Source: the human T2T-CHM13v2.0 reference genome, Homo sapiens | NCBI RefSeq assembly: GCF_009914755.1 | Contig: NC_060931.1 | Reading direction: 5' to 3' (one strand) | DNA: 64,000 nt | In this document: positions 13,701 through 30,388 of the stretch, piece after piece | Position numbering within the stretch: the first letter of the stretch is position 1 | Layout: each line of letters starts with the position of its first letter | Program-made: the position numbers and the translations under genes | The notes under the pieces: model-generated | Told to the model about the DNA's origin: nothing | Seen by the model: only the letters and a program-made list of their open reading frames with translations | The model's database searches: none

Positions 13701-15013
13701 AGTCCTATGAGGAACATTTGTGTAAGACTTGTTATGGGATTTGAACACTGTTGCAATAACTGGCATTAATTAACTTGTTTAACCCTCACATTGCCAATCT
13801 TCCTAGAACTTACAGATTGACCTCCAAAATAACTATATTGATTTATATAGTTCACTCACTCAGGGTGATATCAGACTTTTTCATGTATGATAATCTTATT
13901 GGAGCTGTTTACCCTTTCTATGTAGATGTGCATACCCTACATTTACGGGACATTTTCTTAAATTATTTTTTCTTCCTCTTTAATTTTTACATTCTTTCTT
14001 TTTTTGGAACTGTTTTCTCCCAGTGCATTCTGTATAATTTCCTTATATTGTTGCATAGTTAGTCTCTTTTCAAATGTTTAATATGCAGCTTAACTCATTC
14101 ACTGGAGTATTTAAAAAAATTGTAATGGCTCTATATTTTGTTCATAAGAATTATATATTTTTTCTTTTTCATTATATATCCATTCTATTTTCACAATGCC
14201 CTTTTCTTTTCATATGTCACTTTAAAACTTACTTTCTATTTTTAATAATTTTGGCCAAAGGTATTTTTATAGTCTTTGGATTTTAAACTTCAAGTATAAT
14301 TTTACTATTTTTGTGCCTGCTTAGTTTCACTTACAGTTTCTTATTTTGTCATCAGTTTTGCCATTTTCTACTTATAATTTTCAGAAGGGAATTTTTTTTT
14401 TTTTGGTAAAATAACCTGTAGCCTGTTTTAGGAAGAGTCCCTTTAGACTGATTTTGTATCCCAGAAGTATCACTGGCCTTCTAGAAAAACGTTTGGACCA
14501 GAATTTCTCAGCCTAGGTATTCCTGTATCACACACGTAGTACAAATTCAAACTACAAACCTCTTCATTGAGTAGTGATCTCAAGAGACACATTTTTCCTC
14601 CATTCAGTAGTTTGGATGATAAAAGACTCTTTGAAACTTCCTTAAGGTATTTCTGGTCCTATGTATATATTGAAATGTTTCTAGCACTCACCTTTACTGG
14701 GATTTGAATGTTTTTGTTAAGTGCTGTAGTTTTTGCAGAAATCTCACTTTCAACTTTCTATCTCGTTAGGGATCAATGTTTTGTCTACCTGCTATCTCTG
14801 AGGGAGTGCAGAAAGCCAAAAGAAGTATTGAGCATTTGACTACTATACAGAAACATGATAAAAATCTTAATGTAGGAATCCATAACAGGCATTGTGGGGA
14901 TGTAGCAACAAATTAACAAATTTATAGTTTACACACTACTGTGAAAAATACTGCTCTTTCTCCACAATGCAGCACTTTTGCTTTGGTAAATGTATGCTTG
15001 AATTTACTATCTA

Positions 15014-15045
15014 CACACAGACACACACACACACACACACACACA
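15014..15045. repeat. (CA)n microsatellite
   Basis: Direct observation. Confidence 0.95.
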
Positions 15046-15202
15046 TTAACTATCAGTGTCAACCAAGCCCTCACATTATACTCCCATTCCTGTATGGCAG
15101 CTGACACACCTATCTTTCAGACAGTACCATTCAGGGACAGTCTTATTTTAAGGTCCAAGATGCAGATTTGATTGGGGGAAAGGTTCCTTAGAGAGTGAAT
15201 GA

Positions 15203-17964
<2,762 letters not shown>

Positions 17965-19807
17965 GAGACAGTGAATGACTGTTCTTTATAACAGCAGACA
18001 ATCCCTTACTGGTCCACTATGCTTGTGGGAGGAAAGGCACCATGCATCAGAAATCTCCTTCCAAGTACCTTTTGAATATTTCACAATGAAGAGCTAAGGA
18101 TGTTCTTGCTGGAGACTCACTCTCCCTGATCTGAGTGAAAACCAAAGTGTGTGTATGTGTGTATGTGAGTACATGAGGTAATGGGGGGAGAGGGAAGTAG
18201 TAGGTGTCTTTTATACTTGAAAAACTGCATTTTGTTCCCGTCTGTCAAATTCATCTTTCCTCTTAATTAATTTCCCCTAGTCAGTTAGTGTAGGCATATA
18301 GGAAATACAGACCAGAATTGATTTTTAATATTGTTTACTATTTTAACTAGATTTTTTACTATCATGGAGCAAAATCAAGGTTCAACATGTAAATCAAACA
18401 TCGTATCAAAAATGAATCCCTGTCTAGTCTCTAGAAGACATTTGAGAGTTTGTATTTTCAAGTAATTAATTCTTCTAGATAAAATTATCTTGACCTCTGT
18501 TTTACCTGTCATTAGGCTATAGCAGTCTGAAACTCACCTCAAGGCTTTGCATAGAATTTTACATTTTATGATTTGTTGAAACTAAGGCTCATGAATTTAT
18601 ATTAGTCTATGTAGCCCACCTACTAGGAAATCATGAGTTTGTGAAGGCATATGGTTTGGGGTACTTATGTTCATAAACATTTTAAATATTAAAGTATTTT
18701 TAAATGATTAATCAAGAAATAATGTCAAAATAATTTAAATGATTTAAGTTATTTCCATTAATTTAATTTAAATAACCAACATGACTCCTTTTGGAATTAC
18801 CTTACTCTGAATAAGTAGGTTAACTGCAAACAAACAAAAATAAATCAGACTATCTACTTGCTATTGCAAGAAGGAGGAGGAAGTGCCATTAGGAAAATGA
18901 ACTAAGCAGTGATGACCTCTGCCTTTGGCTAGCAGCACCTTCGGGTGATGTCAGTTCCTATGGAAATAAATTAAGACAACTACAGGCTGTGTTTCAGAAT
19001 AAATTTTATTTAACTTGGTCCCTAGATACCTCATCTCACTATAGTAGCAATCATTTTATTTACTGCATTGCAGAGTAAAGTGAAGTTAAAATAAGGAAAT
19101 GTATCTCTTCATATCAAAAGCAGATTCTTATACTTTCTTGCACTGGATTACTTAAAATATATGATACAAAGATATATTATCTAAAATGGTTTTCTCTTCT
19201 GTTCTTTGTAAAAGACATGCAGTGTTTCCATGTTTGGTCAACTGGAATACTACAAAATAATTCACTTCAAGACTGTCGCTTAATTCTCAAAATGGTATCC
19301 ACAGAAAATAAGCTCTCAGTCTACTTGAATCATTGAAGGAATTACAAGTAATATTGAGGAAAGTTATTCAGATCAACTCCATTATAATTTTGATGGATCT
19401 AGCATACGACAATCTTTGTATTCACCAAAATTTGTGAATTTTTTTGTCTCAAAAATGAAATTTTCTTCATTATGAATGTCACTTCTTATACCCCCAAATT
19501 GATATCTACATAATTATAGAATCTCACTCATTACGTCTAGTCTAATTTCTGAATGTGTATATACAGTTCTAAAATAAAGAGTAAATTTTTAAAGCTAAGC
19601 AATGTAGTTAGAAACCAAAGTTTATATTTTTCAGTTCAGTGCACACCAGATTGACCTTAATAAAATAAAAATTTGCATCATATACAACCAGGTATTAAAG
19701 TATGAGGATCTGTGATTATAAAGTTAGGTAAAACCAAAGAGTTATATTGCCATATTTTTGTAGTTTCTAGACTTTCTCCACTTCAGTAACTTCAATTACT
19801 TACCTAA

Positions 19808-20737
19808 GCAAATTAGCATATGAAAAGATGTTCAAAATCATATGTCATTAGGGAATTGCAAGTTAAAATGTCAATGAGATACCATTTCACATTTAGTAGG
19901 ATGGCCAAAATCCAAAACATTGACAATGCCAAATGCTGACAAGGGTATGAAAGAACAGGAACTCTATTCATTGATGGTGGATATGTAAAATGGTAGCTCC
20001 ACTTTGCAAGACAGTCTAGCAGTACCTTACAAAACTAAACATACCCTCACCATATCATTCACAAATCATATGCTTTGAATTTTGCCTAAATCCATTGAAA
20101 ACTTATTTTAAAAAAAATAACTTGCACATGGATGTTTAAAGCAGCTTGAATCATAATTGCCCAAACTTGAAAACAACCAAGATATCCTTCAGTAGATGAA
20201 TGGATAAATAAACTGTGGTACATCCAGAAAATGGAATATTATTCAGCACTACAAAGAATCTCCATCTCCATAAAAAGAGATGGAAGAAACTTAAAAGCAT
20301 ATTATTAAGTGAAAAAGCCAATCTAAAGAGGCTATACATATTGTAGGATTCCAAATATATAACATTCTGGAAAAGTCAAAACTATGGATTCAGTGAAAAG
20401 ATCAGGGGTTGTTAGGGGTTGGGTTGGGGGGAGAGATGAATAGCACGGCCACAGAGGATTTGTAGGACAGTGATACTATTCTGTACGATACACCCATAGT
20501 GGATAAATGGCACATGCCTTTGTGAAAACCCAAAGTATACACAATGCCAGCATTGAACCCTAATGTAATATTTGGGTAATGATGTGTCTGTGTAGATTCA
20601 TTGATTGTTAGAAATGTGCCACTCTGATGCAAGATCTTCAATGTGGGGAAAGCTGTGAGTGTGGGTAAGGGGGTATGTACTTTCCACTCAATTTTCTTGT
20701 GTAGCTAAAACTGCTCTAATAAATTCTATTAAAAAAA
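19808..20737 (+). mobile_element. L1MC1-like 3' end
   Basis: 'gatgaatagcacggccacagaggattt...ctattctgtacgatac...gaaccctaatgta' 3'UTR with a short A tail. Confidence 0.75.
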
Positions 20738-21418
20738 CAGACATTTAAAATATTATAAGAAGATAATATGGGGGAAGTGACAGTATGTGATCTTCAGAGC
20801 ACAAGCCTCAGGAGGCCTGATTCTTTCTGCTTCCCCTTCATGGAATGCTGGTGAATTCAAGCAAACATTTATGGAAACTATAATAACAAGTCCAAGCAAG
20901 TATAGAGGAGGAAATGCTTCCCAACTCATTTTATGATGCTAGTATTATGTGATACCAAAACCAGCCAAATGATTTCACAAGAAAAGAAAACCTCAGACCA
21001 ATGTCTCTTATGAACATGGATGCCAAAATCCCCAACATTTTAGCAAGTGAAATCCAACAATGTGTAAACTTTGCACTATAAATAACTTAAGTCAGGTTTA
21101 ACACTTGAAAATCCATCAGTGCCATTCACAATATGAGCAGACTAAAGAAGAAAATTAATATGACTTTATTAACAGATACAGAAAAACATTTGACAAAATT
21201 CAAAATTAGTTTCTAATGAAAATTCTGAGCAGATTAGGAATAGAAGGAAACTTCTGCAAACTAATAAGAACATCTATGAAAAAAACCATAGGTAACATCA
21301 TACCTAATGAAAGACCGAATGCGTTCCCCAAAAGATCAGGAAGAAGGCAAGCATACCCACTGTCACCACTTCTGTTCATCATTGTACTGGACATTACAGC
21401 CAATGCAAGTGGGGCTAG

Positions 21419-22204
21419 TGCAATGCCCTGAACGTTCCCCCATGCCCAAATTCATGTGCCCAAACCCTAATCCCAATGCGATGATATTAGGAGGTGGGAC
21501 ATTTGGGAAGTGATTACGTCATGAGCGTGAAGCCCTCATCAATGGGATTATTGCCCTTATTAAGGAGACCCCAGAGAGCTCACTAGCTCTCTTTCTGCCA
21601 CATGAAATACAAGAAGTTGGCAGTCTGCAACCTGCAAGAGGACCATCGCCAGAGACAGACCATGATGGAGCCCTGATCTCAGACACCCAGCCACCAGAAC
21701 TGTGAGAAGTAAATTTTGGTTGTTTATTTATTTGTTATTATTATACTTTAAGTTCTAGGGTACATGTGCACAACATGCAGGTTTGTTACATATGTATACA
21801 TGTGCCATGTTGGTGTGCTGCACCCATTAACTTGTCATGCACATTAGGTATATCTCCTAATGCTATCCCTCCCCCTCCCTCTACCCCACGACAGGCCCCG
21901 GTGTGTGATGTTCCCCTTCCTGTGTCCAAGTGTTCTCATTGTTCAATTCTCACCTATGAATGAGAACATGCAGTGTTTGGTTTTCTGTCCCTGTGATAGT
22001 TTGCTGAGAATGATGGTTTCCAGCTTCATCCATGTCCCTACAAAGGACATGAACTCATCATTTTTTATGGCTGCATAGTATTCCATGGTGTATATGTGCC
22101 ACATTTTCTTAATCCAGTCTATCACTGATGGGCATTTGGGTTGGTTGGTTGTTTATAAGCCACCCAGTGAATGGTACTTTGCCACTGCAGCCCAAGTGAA
22201 GACA
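21419..22204 (+). mobile_element. MLT1A-like LTR containing a nested L1PA
   Basis: tgcaatgccctgaacg...ccagaactgtgaga...tttataagccaccca...gaca; TSD gctag/gcaag. Confidence 0.8.
21728..22146 (-). mobile_element. L1PA5-like 3' stub
   Basis: Antisense L1 3' end; TSD ggttgtttat (21718-21727 / 22147-22156). Confidence 0.9.
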
Positions 22205-22369
22205 GCAAGTAAAACTAATAAAAAGTATACAGATTGGAAAAGAAGTAAAACCATCTTTATGTGCAGGTGACATGACTGTCTATGTAGAAATCCTATGGTA
22301 AGTAGTATAAAGAAGTAACTAGAATAATAAATAAATTTAGCAAAATTTCAGGATAAAGTATAAAAATCA

Positions 22370-22590
22370 GCTGGGCGCAGTGGCTCATGCCTGTAATTGC
22401 AGCACATCAGGAGGCTGAGTTGGGAGGATCTCTTGAGGCCAGGAATTCAGGACTAGCCTGGGCAGCATAGTGAGGCCCTGTCGCCACAAAAAAATGAAAA
22501 GAAATAGCTAGGCATGTTGAAGTGTGCCTGTAGTCCTGGTTACTCAGGAGGCTGGGGTGGGAAGATCACTTGAGCACAGGAGTTTGAGGC
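22370..22590 (+). mobile_element. AluJ, 3'-truncated
   Basis: 'ggaggatctcttgaggccaggaattc', 'gaagatcacttgagcacaggagtttgaggct'. Confidence 0.85.
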
Positions 22591-23254
22591 TCATTGTCAC
22601 AAACAAGTGTCAGAAGATATAGTGAAAAATGCCACACCATTTGTAATAAACACAAAATGTAAAAATAGTTTTGAGGCATGAAGAGGGCTTCACAGCACTG
22701 ACCAACATTCTGTTTTTTTTTATTTGAATGGTTGTAGCTTAGATATAATATTTGAGGCTAAATTACTGAACTGTATTCGTGTTTCACGAACTTTTAAAAT
22801 ATCATCCAACATTTTCCTTCTTTTTTTTTCTTGTATTTCATGTATCCTGAGCCACGTGCATTTACAAATAAGAATGAAAAAATAAATGTAACTAAAAATG
22901 CTAGTATATTTTTCTCATTTTACAAGGAATCATCTTGTGCACTCTCTGAATTGCAGCAATTTACTTTGAAGATGACTGGATTAGACAATGGTAACTAAAT
23001 TTGTATAGAATTTTTATTTTATCAAGACATTCCATTTAAGACAAATTCAATATATCTTTATGATAATCTTTCTTGCATCATTTAACCCTTTTTCTCTATA
23101 ATAGAGACTGCTATTTTCTTCCTGAAAATAAGTGGAGTCTTAGTAGAATATATGATGATAGGAAATAATTGGAATGAAGTGAATATATTTTCAACAACAC
23201 TGAGTTTTATTTTAACACATCCAAGAAATAAAAAGCATGAAGTGTAAGTATTTA

Positions 23255-23858
23255 GTATTATTATTTTTCAATTGTACTTTAAGTTCTGGGATACATGTGC
23301 AGAACGTGCAGGTTTGTTACATAGGTATACACGTGCCATGTGGTTTGCTGGACCCATCAGCCCGTCATTTACATTAGGTATTTCTCCTTATGCTATCCCT
23401 CCCCTAGTGCCCCACTCCCTGACAGGCCCCAGTGTGTGATGTTCCCCTCCCTGTGTCCATGTATTCTCATTGTTCAACTCCCACTTACAAGTGAGAATAT
23501 GTTGTGTTTGGTTTTCTGTTCCTGTGTTAGTTTGCTGAGAATGACATTTCCAGCTTCATCCATGTCCCTGCAAAGGACATGAACTCATCCTTTTTATGGC
23601 TGCATAGTATTCCATGGTGTATATGTGCCAAATTTTCTTTATTCAGTCTATCATTGATGGGCATTTGGGTTGGTTCCAAGTTTTTGCTATTGTGAAAAGT
23701 GCTTCAATAAACATATGTGTGCATGTGTCTTTATAGTAGAATGATTTATAATCCTTTGGGTATATACCCAGTAATGGGATTGCTGGGTCAAATGGTATTT
23801 CTTGTTCTAGATCATTGAGGAATCACCACACTGTCTTCCACAATGGTTAAACTAATTT
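23255..23858 (-). mobile_element. L1PA7-like 3' fragment
   Basis: Antisense 3' end; TSD gaagtgtaag(t/c)attta (23239-23254 / 23859-23874). Confidence 0.9.
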
Positions 23859-24719
23859 GAAGTGTAAGCATTTATGTTTGGGTGTTATAGAGTTTAGCTG
23901 ATCTTACTCCTTTTTATTAGCACATAATTAACATTGGTTCATGCAAGGTCTCTTCTTTATTTTGCTCTGTTTGATTTCATTGTATTTACTATTTGCCCTC
24001 ACTCCTTAATACCATTACAATCCTGTTTTGTTATTTGGTTTTTGCTTCTCAAGAGTGATATCTCATTATTCTTCTTACTATTCACAATATTTCCAAGAAG
24101 TAGACTTTATGATATGGAAAAATTATTTTAGCATTACATGTGAGTGTGTGAATATAAATATCCACGTGTACAGGTATATATGCCACTGCAAGATCATCCA
24201 ACATGTTCCTTCTTCTTCTTCTTGTGTTTCATGTATCCTGAGCCACAATTTTTTGGTAGGATAGTTTTCTAGCTTAACATAAGGATTTTGACCCTTTGGT
24301 AGGGAACATGATTGAATGTGTTCTTCACAGTGCAAAGAATTCTTACCTGGGAAGCTGGGCTGGGTTCCAATCAGGATATGTCAAAAACCTACTCCGAGAA
24401 TTGGGGAAAAGTAGTTCTTCATTTTGAGCCCATTTTCTCTCTCATCTTACAGACTAGTTGGTTCAAAATATTTGTAATACAATGGTTCCAGATGTTAGGA
24501 TTTCAAAAGCAATTAAGATCAAGAAAAACATGTAGGCCAACATATGATTGCCAGTTTATAAAATTGTGCTAAGTCAACATATTTTTTCAAAAATATGTGT
24601 CACCACCAGTGGCATAATTTTACGGGGCAACATCTTCAAACCCAACTCCTATTTCCTCTACATATTCATCCATTTCGCAGCCTAACCAACATTTACAACT
24701 TTGAGTTCTGGAGTCTCCT

Positions 24720-25720
24720 AACACATGACCTGCCCAAAATTATTCAATTTCATTCTTCTGTAGCCTTGTTTGATAAATAATATCACCATTCTGCCTCTTA
24801 AGTTTGAAATGTCCAAGTATTTGCCTTTTTCTCTCTTTTACCATCTATTAAAACCTTTACAGTCAGAAAATCCTCTTAATTCTACATAAAACACATCCTT
24901 TAAATTGCCTCTCTTCACCCATCCTCACTGCCACTGCTTTAACCTTCTTCTTGAGTATTTTTCAGCTCTGTTATTCCAGCAATTCCCTAATTGTTTCTGC
25001 TCCTCTCTCTCCTCATGTGCATTTTCTGAGCTGTCATTTTTCACAATATGGAATCTGATTATGTCACACATATACCTAAATTTTCTGCTGACTGATTAGT
25101 AAGAATTAATATTCCAAACTCCTCAGCTTGGCATATTGGATCTTTAAAAGTATTTAACTAATTTGCCTTTCCAGTTTTCATCTCCAGTTTCCCAACTGAC
25201 ACCCTATGCCTTTTTCATAGCAAATTTTTTTTTTTATTTTCTGAGCACAACGCAATGATTTTTCCCATCCTGTGCCTGGTTTATTCTTCCTGGTATGTTG
25301 TTTTCTTCTCTTTGCTGGCTACATTTACTCTATTAATCAAATAATTCAGATAAATATTTCTTTACTTTATAAACTTGCATAGGATTAATCGTTCCTTCCT
25401 TAATTCCCTACCTGCATTTGGTTCTGTGATATTCTGAGAGAAGGAACAATTTTTTTTCACCGTTGTGTGCCAAGAGCCTTTTATCACCTGGAAAAATCAG
25501 ATAAATTAAAAAATATATTTATGCAAAATATTGCATAAATATCAAGCTGTTGAATGGTCTTGCCTTTCATATGTAAAACAGTGGGGCTGAATATTAAGCT
25601 TTTTGAGGTCAGTTAAATAAGTATTGAACAATGTTATATCTTCTGTACTCAGTGCAGTGCCTATCACATAGCAAATTCTCAATAAACATTTTTGAGCAAC
25701 TGAATTACTAAATGAGTGAA
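24720..25720 (+). mobile_element. L2 LINE remnant(s)
   Basis: Pyrimidine-rich L2 body and 3' end 'cagtgcctatcacatag...ctcaataaacatttttgag...tgaat'. Confidence 0.55.
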
Positions 25721-26577
25721 GGCTGTGAGCATCACAGAGTAAACTCTTCATGAAAACTGAGTTGGAGGGCTATGAGAGAAGTTCCATTATCCTCAAATTC
25801 CACACCCATTGGCCTGAGGCAAAGGCTTACCCAGCAAAGCTAGTAGACCACTGACCTCCCAGGCTGGTAACTGTACGTTCACACCATATATTCTTGGTTT
25901 CTTCAGTGGGCAAAATTATGAATGAGCAGCTTTCCATGTAAGGTAATTGGTAATTGATTTATTAAGGCATGCTGTTTTTTGTTTTTTTCTTTTAAACCTT
26001 ATCATGAATACTAACAAATCACTTCCACTGATGTTACCTGCTGAAATGGTTTCCAATAAGGTATACAAGAGAAAACTTTAGATATGGGAATAGGTAGATA
26101 CAGGTCTGGAGTCAGGAAACTTCTTATAAAAGGGAGGCATATCACATATGTGGGGATTATGAAAATCTTTCAAAAAATGCAAAGATTATTCTTATGCATA
26201 TTAAAAATTAATCACTGTAGTCTAAGAGTGAGGACTGAATATGGCCCTGGCTAGGATCAATCCCAAAGAATGGATTTTCCCCTAACAAGTTTTGGCATTT
26301 ATTTTTATCAATCTTGGGGAAGTCTTAGGAGAGTCAACAAGTATTAATATAGCTTTGAAAGTATTTAATTGGAATAAATAGAATAACAAAATGTCTCTTG
26401 AATTTTTTATTGGAAAACTGGTGATGAGTTCATCTCTATCAGGTTCTGGAGGCTCTGCAACCACCCAAAAATATTATAGAATTTTGTGTGGGATTGATAG
26501 TTTGACAAAAACATTTAAAGGGAGAAACAACAAAACACACAGAAAAGGAAATTTTGTGCACAAACTAGAGTATCATT

Positions 26578-27053
26578 TGTTGAAGTTGAATACAATATAG
26601 AGATGAATCTCTAAAAACTTTAAAGAAGAAAACTTTAAAACATTTCTTTGGGAAGAAAGAATTGCAACTCAGAGCAAACACACAGATCAGGTGGTTTTTA
26701 GTATGTTTAAAGAACAAAGAGAAGGTTAGAGGTTTTACAAAGAAAGGAGAAATGTTGCATGGTGTTATTCCAGAAAGTTCATTGGCACTAGTAACGTTTT
26801 GTGAAGCTGGCAGGTTCTGGCTGGTTAACTGACAGTGGTGGGTAAAGCTAGTCTTAGAGTGGCAGCAGGTTGTTTCACAGCCATTAGATAAAACTGGTTT
26901 CAGGTTCCAGCAGGCAGCTTCAGCAGCCAGGCTTGCAGAGAATTACATTCTTGGAGCAAATTCATGTGCCCCAAGTGCTTTTCCCCCAGGCTTTTGACTC
27001 TGTTTTAGTTGGGTGTGACAAGAATGATGCAATTTGTATGATCAATTTTCACA
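26578..27053 (-). mobile_element. ERV1-class solo LTR (family not resolved)
   Basis: Reverse strand starts TGTGAAAATTGATCATAC...; tg...ca ends; composition shift relative to flanks. Confidence 0.65.
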
Positions 27054-27266
27054 TATTGATACCTCACTTTGTGGTTTATAACACATGTCATTAGCAACTA
27101 GTTAAGGATTAGTTTATCAATAACCATTAGTTTAAGTATGAACAAAGGAGGCAATATATATACAAAAACATTTTTAAAATCCTCAAATCTATTATTATAT
27201 GTTCCCTTTTCAAGAAATACATGGAATTGGTCTCAGCCAATAAAAAGCAAATTAGAATGTCATCAG

Positions 27267-28096
27267 CATGATTTATATTCCTTTGGGTATATACTCAGTA
27301 ATGGGATGGCTGGGTCAAACGGTATTTCTAGTTCTAGATCCCTGAGGAATCACCACACTGTCTTCCACAATGGTTGAACTAGTTTACAGTCCCACCAACA
27401 GTGTAAAAATGTTCCTATTTCTCCACATCCTCTCCAGCACCTGTTGTTTCCTGACTTCTTAATGATCGGCATTCTAACTGGTGTGAGATGATATCACATT
27501 TGTGGTTTTGATTTGCATTTCTCTGATGGCCAGCGATGATGAGCATTTTTTCACGTCTGTTGGCTGCATAAATGTTGCACACATATGTTTATTGCGGCAC
27601 TACTCACAATAGCAAAGACTTGGAACCAACCCAAATGTCCAACAATGGTAGACTGGATTAAGAAAATCTGGCACATATACACCATGGAATACTATGCAGC
27701 CATAAAAAATGATGAGTTCATGTCCTTTGTAGGGACATGGATGAAGCTAGAAACCATCATTCTCAGCAAACTATCACAAGGACAAAAAACCAAACACCGC
27801 ATGTTCTCACTTATAGGTGGGAATTGAACAGTGAGAACACTTGGACACAGGAAGGGGGACATCACACACTGGGGCCTGTTGTGGGGTGGGGGGAAGGGGG
27901 AGGGATAGCATTAGGAGATATACCTAATGTAAATGACCAGTTAATGGGTGCAGCACACCAACATGGCACGTGTATACATATGTAAAAAAACTGCATGTTG
28001 CGCACATGTACCCTAGAACTTAAAGTATAATAAAAAATATATATTAAAAAAAGAAAAGAAAAACTTCCGCCAGTTTTAAAGCAAAAAAAAAAAAAA
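27267..28096 (+). mobile_element. L1PA5-like element with a 5' inversion (27267-27575) and a 3' transduction
   Basis: TSD agaatgtcatcag (27254-27266 / 28097-28109); antisense then sense L1 segments. Confidence 0.92.
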
Positions 28097-28203
28097 AGAA
28101 TGTCATCAGAAAGTTCTATTTTAGTTTATTGTCTAATGAAAGGCAGAATAACGTAATATAGTTCTCACCTAAGGTATTAACTCCATTTGAAAATTTACTT
28201 TCT

Positions 28204-28561
<358 letters not shown>

Positions 28562-28989
28562 TTATTAAGTCTAAGATTGATCTCCTTTTAAATTTTCCCT
28601 TACCCGAGAAAAAGTCACTAGATCCCATGAAGTCTTAGTAACCAGAAAATTTTTGTCATGACTCTAGTAGAAATAGAGATGGCGTAGCATTTCCAAGTAA
28701 TTACTTTGAACTAGGCTTTAACTAATTAATTAATTTTAACAATTTTTTTTCTTATGCTGTCTCATTGAGTCAGTTCTTCCAGAAACTCAAATTAAGAACA
28801 AAGATAAATTGTTTACATTTTTTAATATATTCAAGGGGGTTGATTTTTTGTTTGAAAATCAGTAAAAGTTTGTAGTTAGAAGGTTGCTACCTCTTCTGGG
28901 GACTGTTGTAAGATACTGACTAAGATATTTGAATTCACAAACCTCTTCGCTATGGAATCTTTGCGGCAAGGGTCCTAGATAACCCCTTG

Positions 28990-29125
28990 ACTTTGAACTA
29001 TTTTTAGGTTTGCAAATGAGGAAACTACATCCAGAGAAATTTTTATGCAAGGCTATAAAGAGGGTATTGGGACTCTGAGCCAGAATCAGGTCTCAAAATT
29101 GTTTCCTGACTCCCAGTCCTAGGTT
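28990..29125. mobile_element. MIR remnant
   Basis: Core 'tttgcaaatgaggaaact...cagaga' and 'tcctgactcccagtcc'. Confidence 0.55.
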
Positions 29126-29441
29126 TTGCAAACTCCCGAACATCACATTTCAATGAAATTTCTCACTGTTTCCATACCAGAATCCCTTGATAACTGTTGA
29201 ATTTCCACCACCAAATCTTCATTCAGAAAGTTACAGAAGAATCAGAATTAGATACAACATTGCAGGGCATTTGTTTTAAACACAACTTCTCTGATCTAAA
29301 TTAAATAAGGGCTAAGTTATTTTCTGAAATCCCAAATACAATAAAACCAAAAATAAAAAGGCTACATTATCTTCTGAAATGACTTGTCTGTAACAATACT
29401 TCAGTAAAAATGTTTTAAATAATCTTTTCCTATTTTCACAG

Positions 29442-29488
29442 AGAGAGTAGGAGAGAAAATGAGGATACTGGAAAAGACACCAGTAGAG
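29442..29488 (+). other. Candidate 47-nt exon
   Basis: Acceptor tcttttcctattttcacag and donor GAG|gtaaga; purine-rich body. Confidence 0.4.
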
Positions 29489-30388
29489 GTAAGAAGACAC
29501 AGAAAGTACTAAAAACAAAGTTTAATCAACATATACTTTCAGTATTATTTTTGTAAAGTCATTTCTAATCCTAAATTTAGGTATGCGTGTTTTTTGTTTT
29601 GTTTTTAGTTTTTTGTTTGTTTACCAAGTTTTCTTTATAAACATGTTGACTAAAATTGGTTCATATTCTACAAAACATTAAAAATTCTGTAGTACTTTTA
29701 AGCTGACAGGACTTCTCTGTATAAAGCAGAGTTAAGGGTTGCCTATTTGGTTAGTGATAATATACAGTTGCCCTATCTAATAAACACTGATTTACCTAGC
29801 TCTTTATGATTGAAATCTAAATATAACTGGAGACCATGTCATTTTCTAAATGAAAAGTTATATAAATCCTTAGAAAGTAATTCAGAACTGATAATATTTA
29901 GTTTAAAATGAAAATAAAGGGGGAAAAATATAACAAATATATGGAAAATCACGCTAGCATTTAGAATGTTTTATTGTAAATAATCTATTGCTAAAGTTTA
30001 TATTTATTAAAGTGGACAATCATGGAAAGGGCAGTAACTTTGGAAGAAATAATTCAGCTGTAAAATTACAAAATAATTCTACATAATTTGTTGATCATTT
30101 TCCCCCACAGAATACCTAGCAAGTAGAATATATATAACCATATTGACATTGTAAAATGGGTAATATAGTTTTAGAGTGCTTTATTGAAATATTTGTCAAA
30201 GTTCCTGTACAGCTGACCCTTGAACAACATGTATTTTAACTGTGCCTCTTATAAATGGATTTCTTCCACCTCTGTCACCCCTGAAGCAGCAAGATCAACC
30301 CCTCCTCTTCCTCCTTTTCCTCATTCTACTCAACATGAAGACAGCAGGATGAAAAATTTTATGATAATCCATTTTCTGTTAATACAAG

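Larger units (their letters stand above)
20850..22368 (+). mobile_element. Old L1M ORF2 fragment interrupted by MLT1A and an L1PA
   Basis: ORF 21216-21431 (YPLSPLLFIIVL) is L1 RT-like; homology resumes after 22204. Confidence 0.75.

Noticed and set aside
13536-13766. 76-aa protein-like ORF
   Set aside because: Overlaps an MLT1-like remnant and has no recognisable domain.
19290-19475. About 60 codons with a single stop, and a similar run near 47980-48076
   Set aside because: No recognisable homology and no convincing splice boundaries; compatible with chance.
25907-25942. Plus-strand mini-exon with a good acceptor
   Set aside because: One donor gives an in-frame stop and the other is out of phase with the proposed chain; no independent support.
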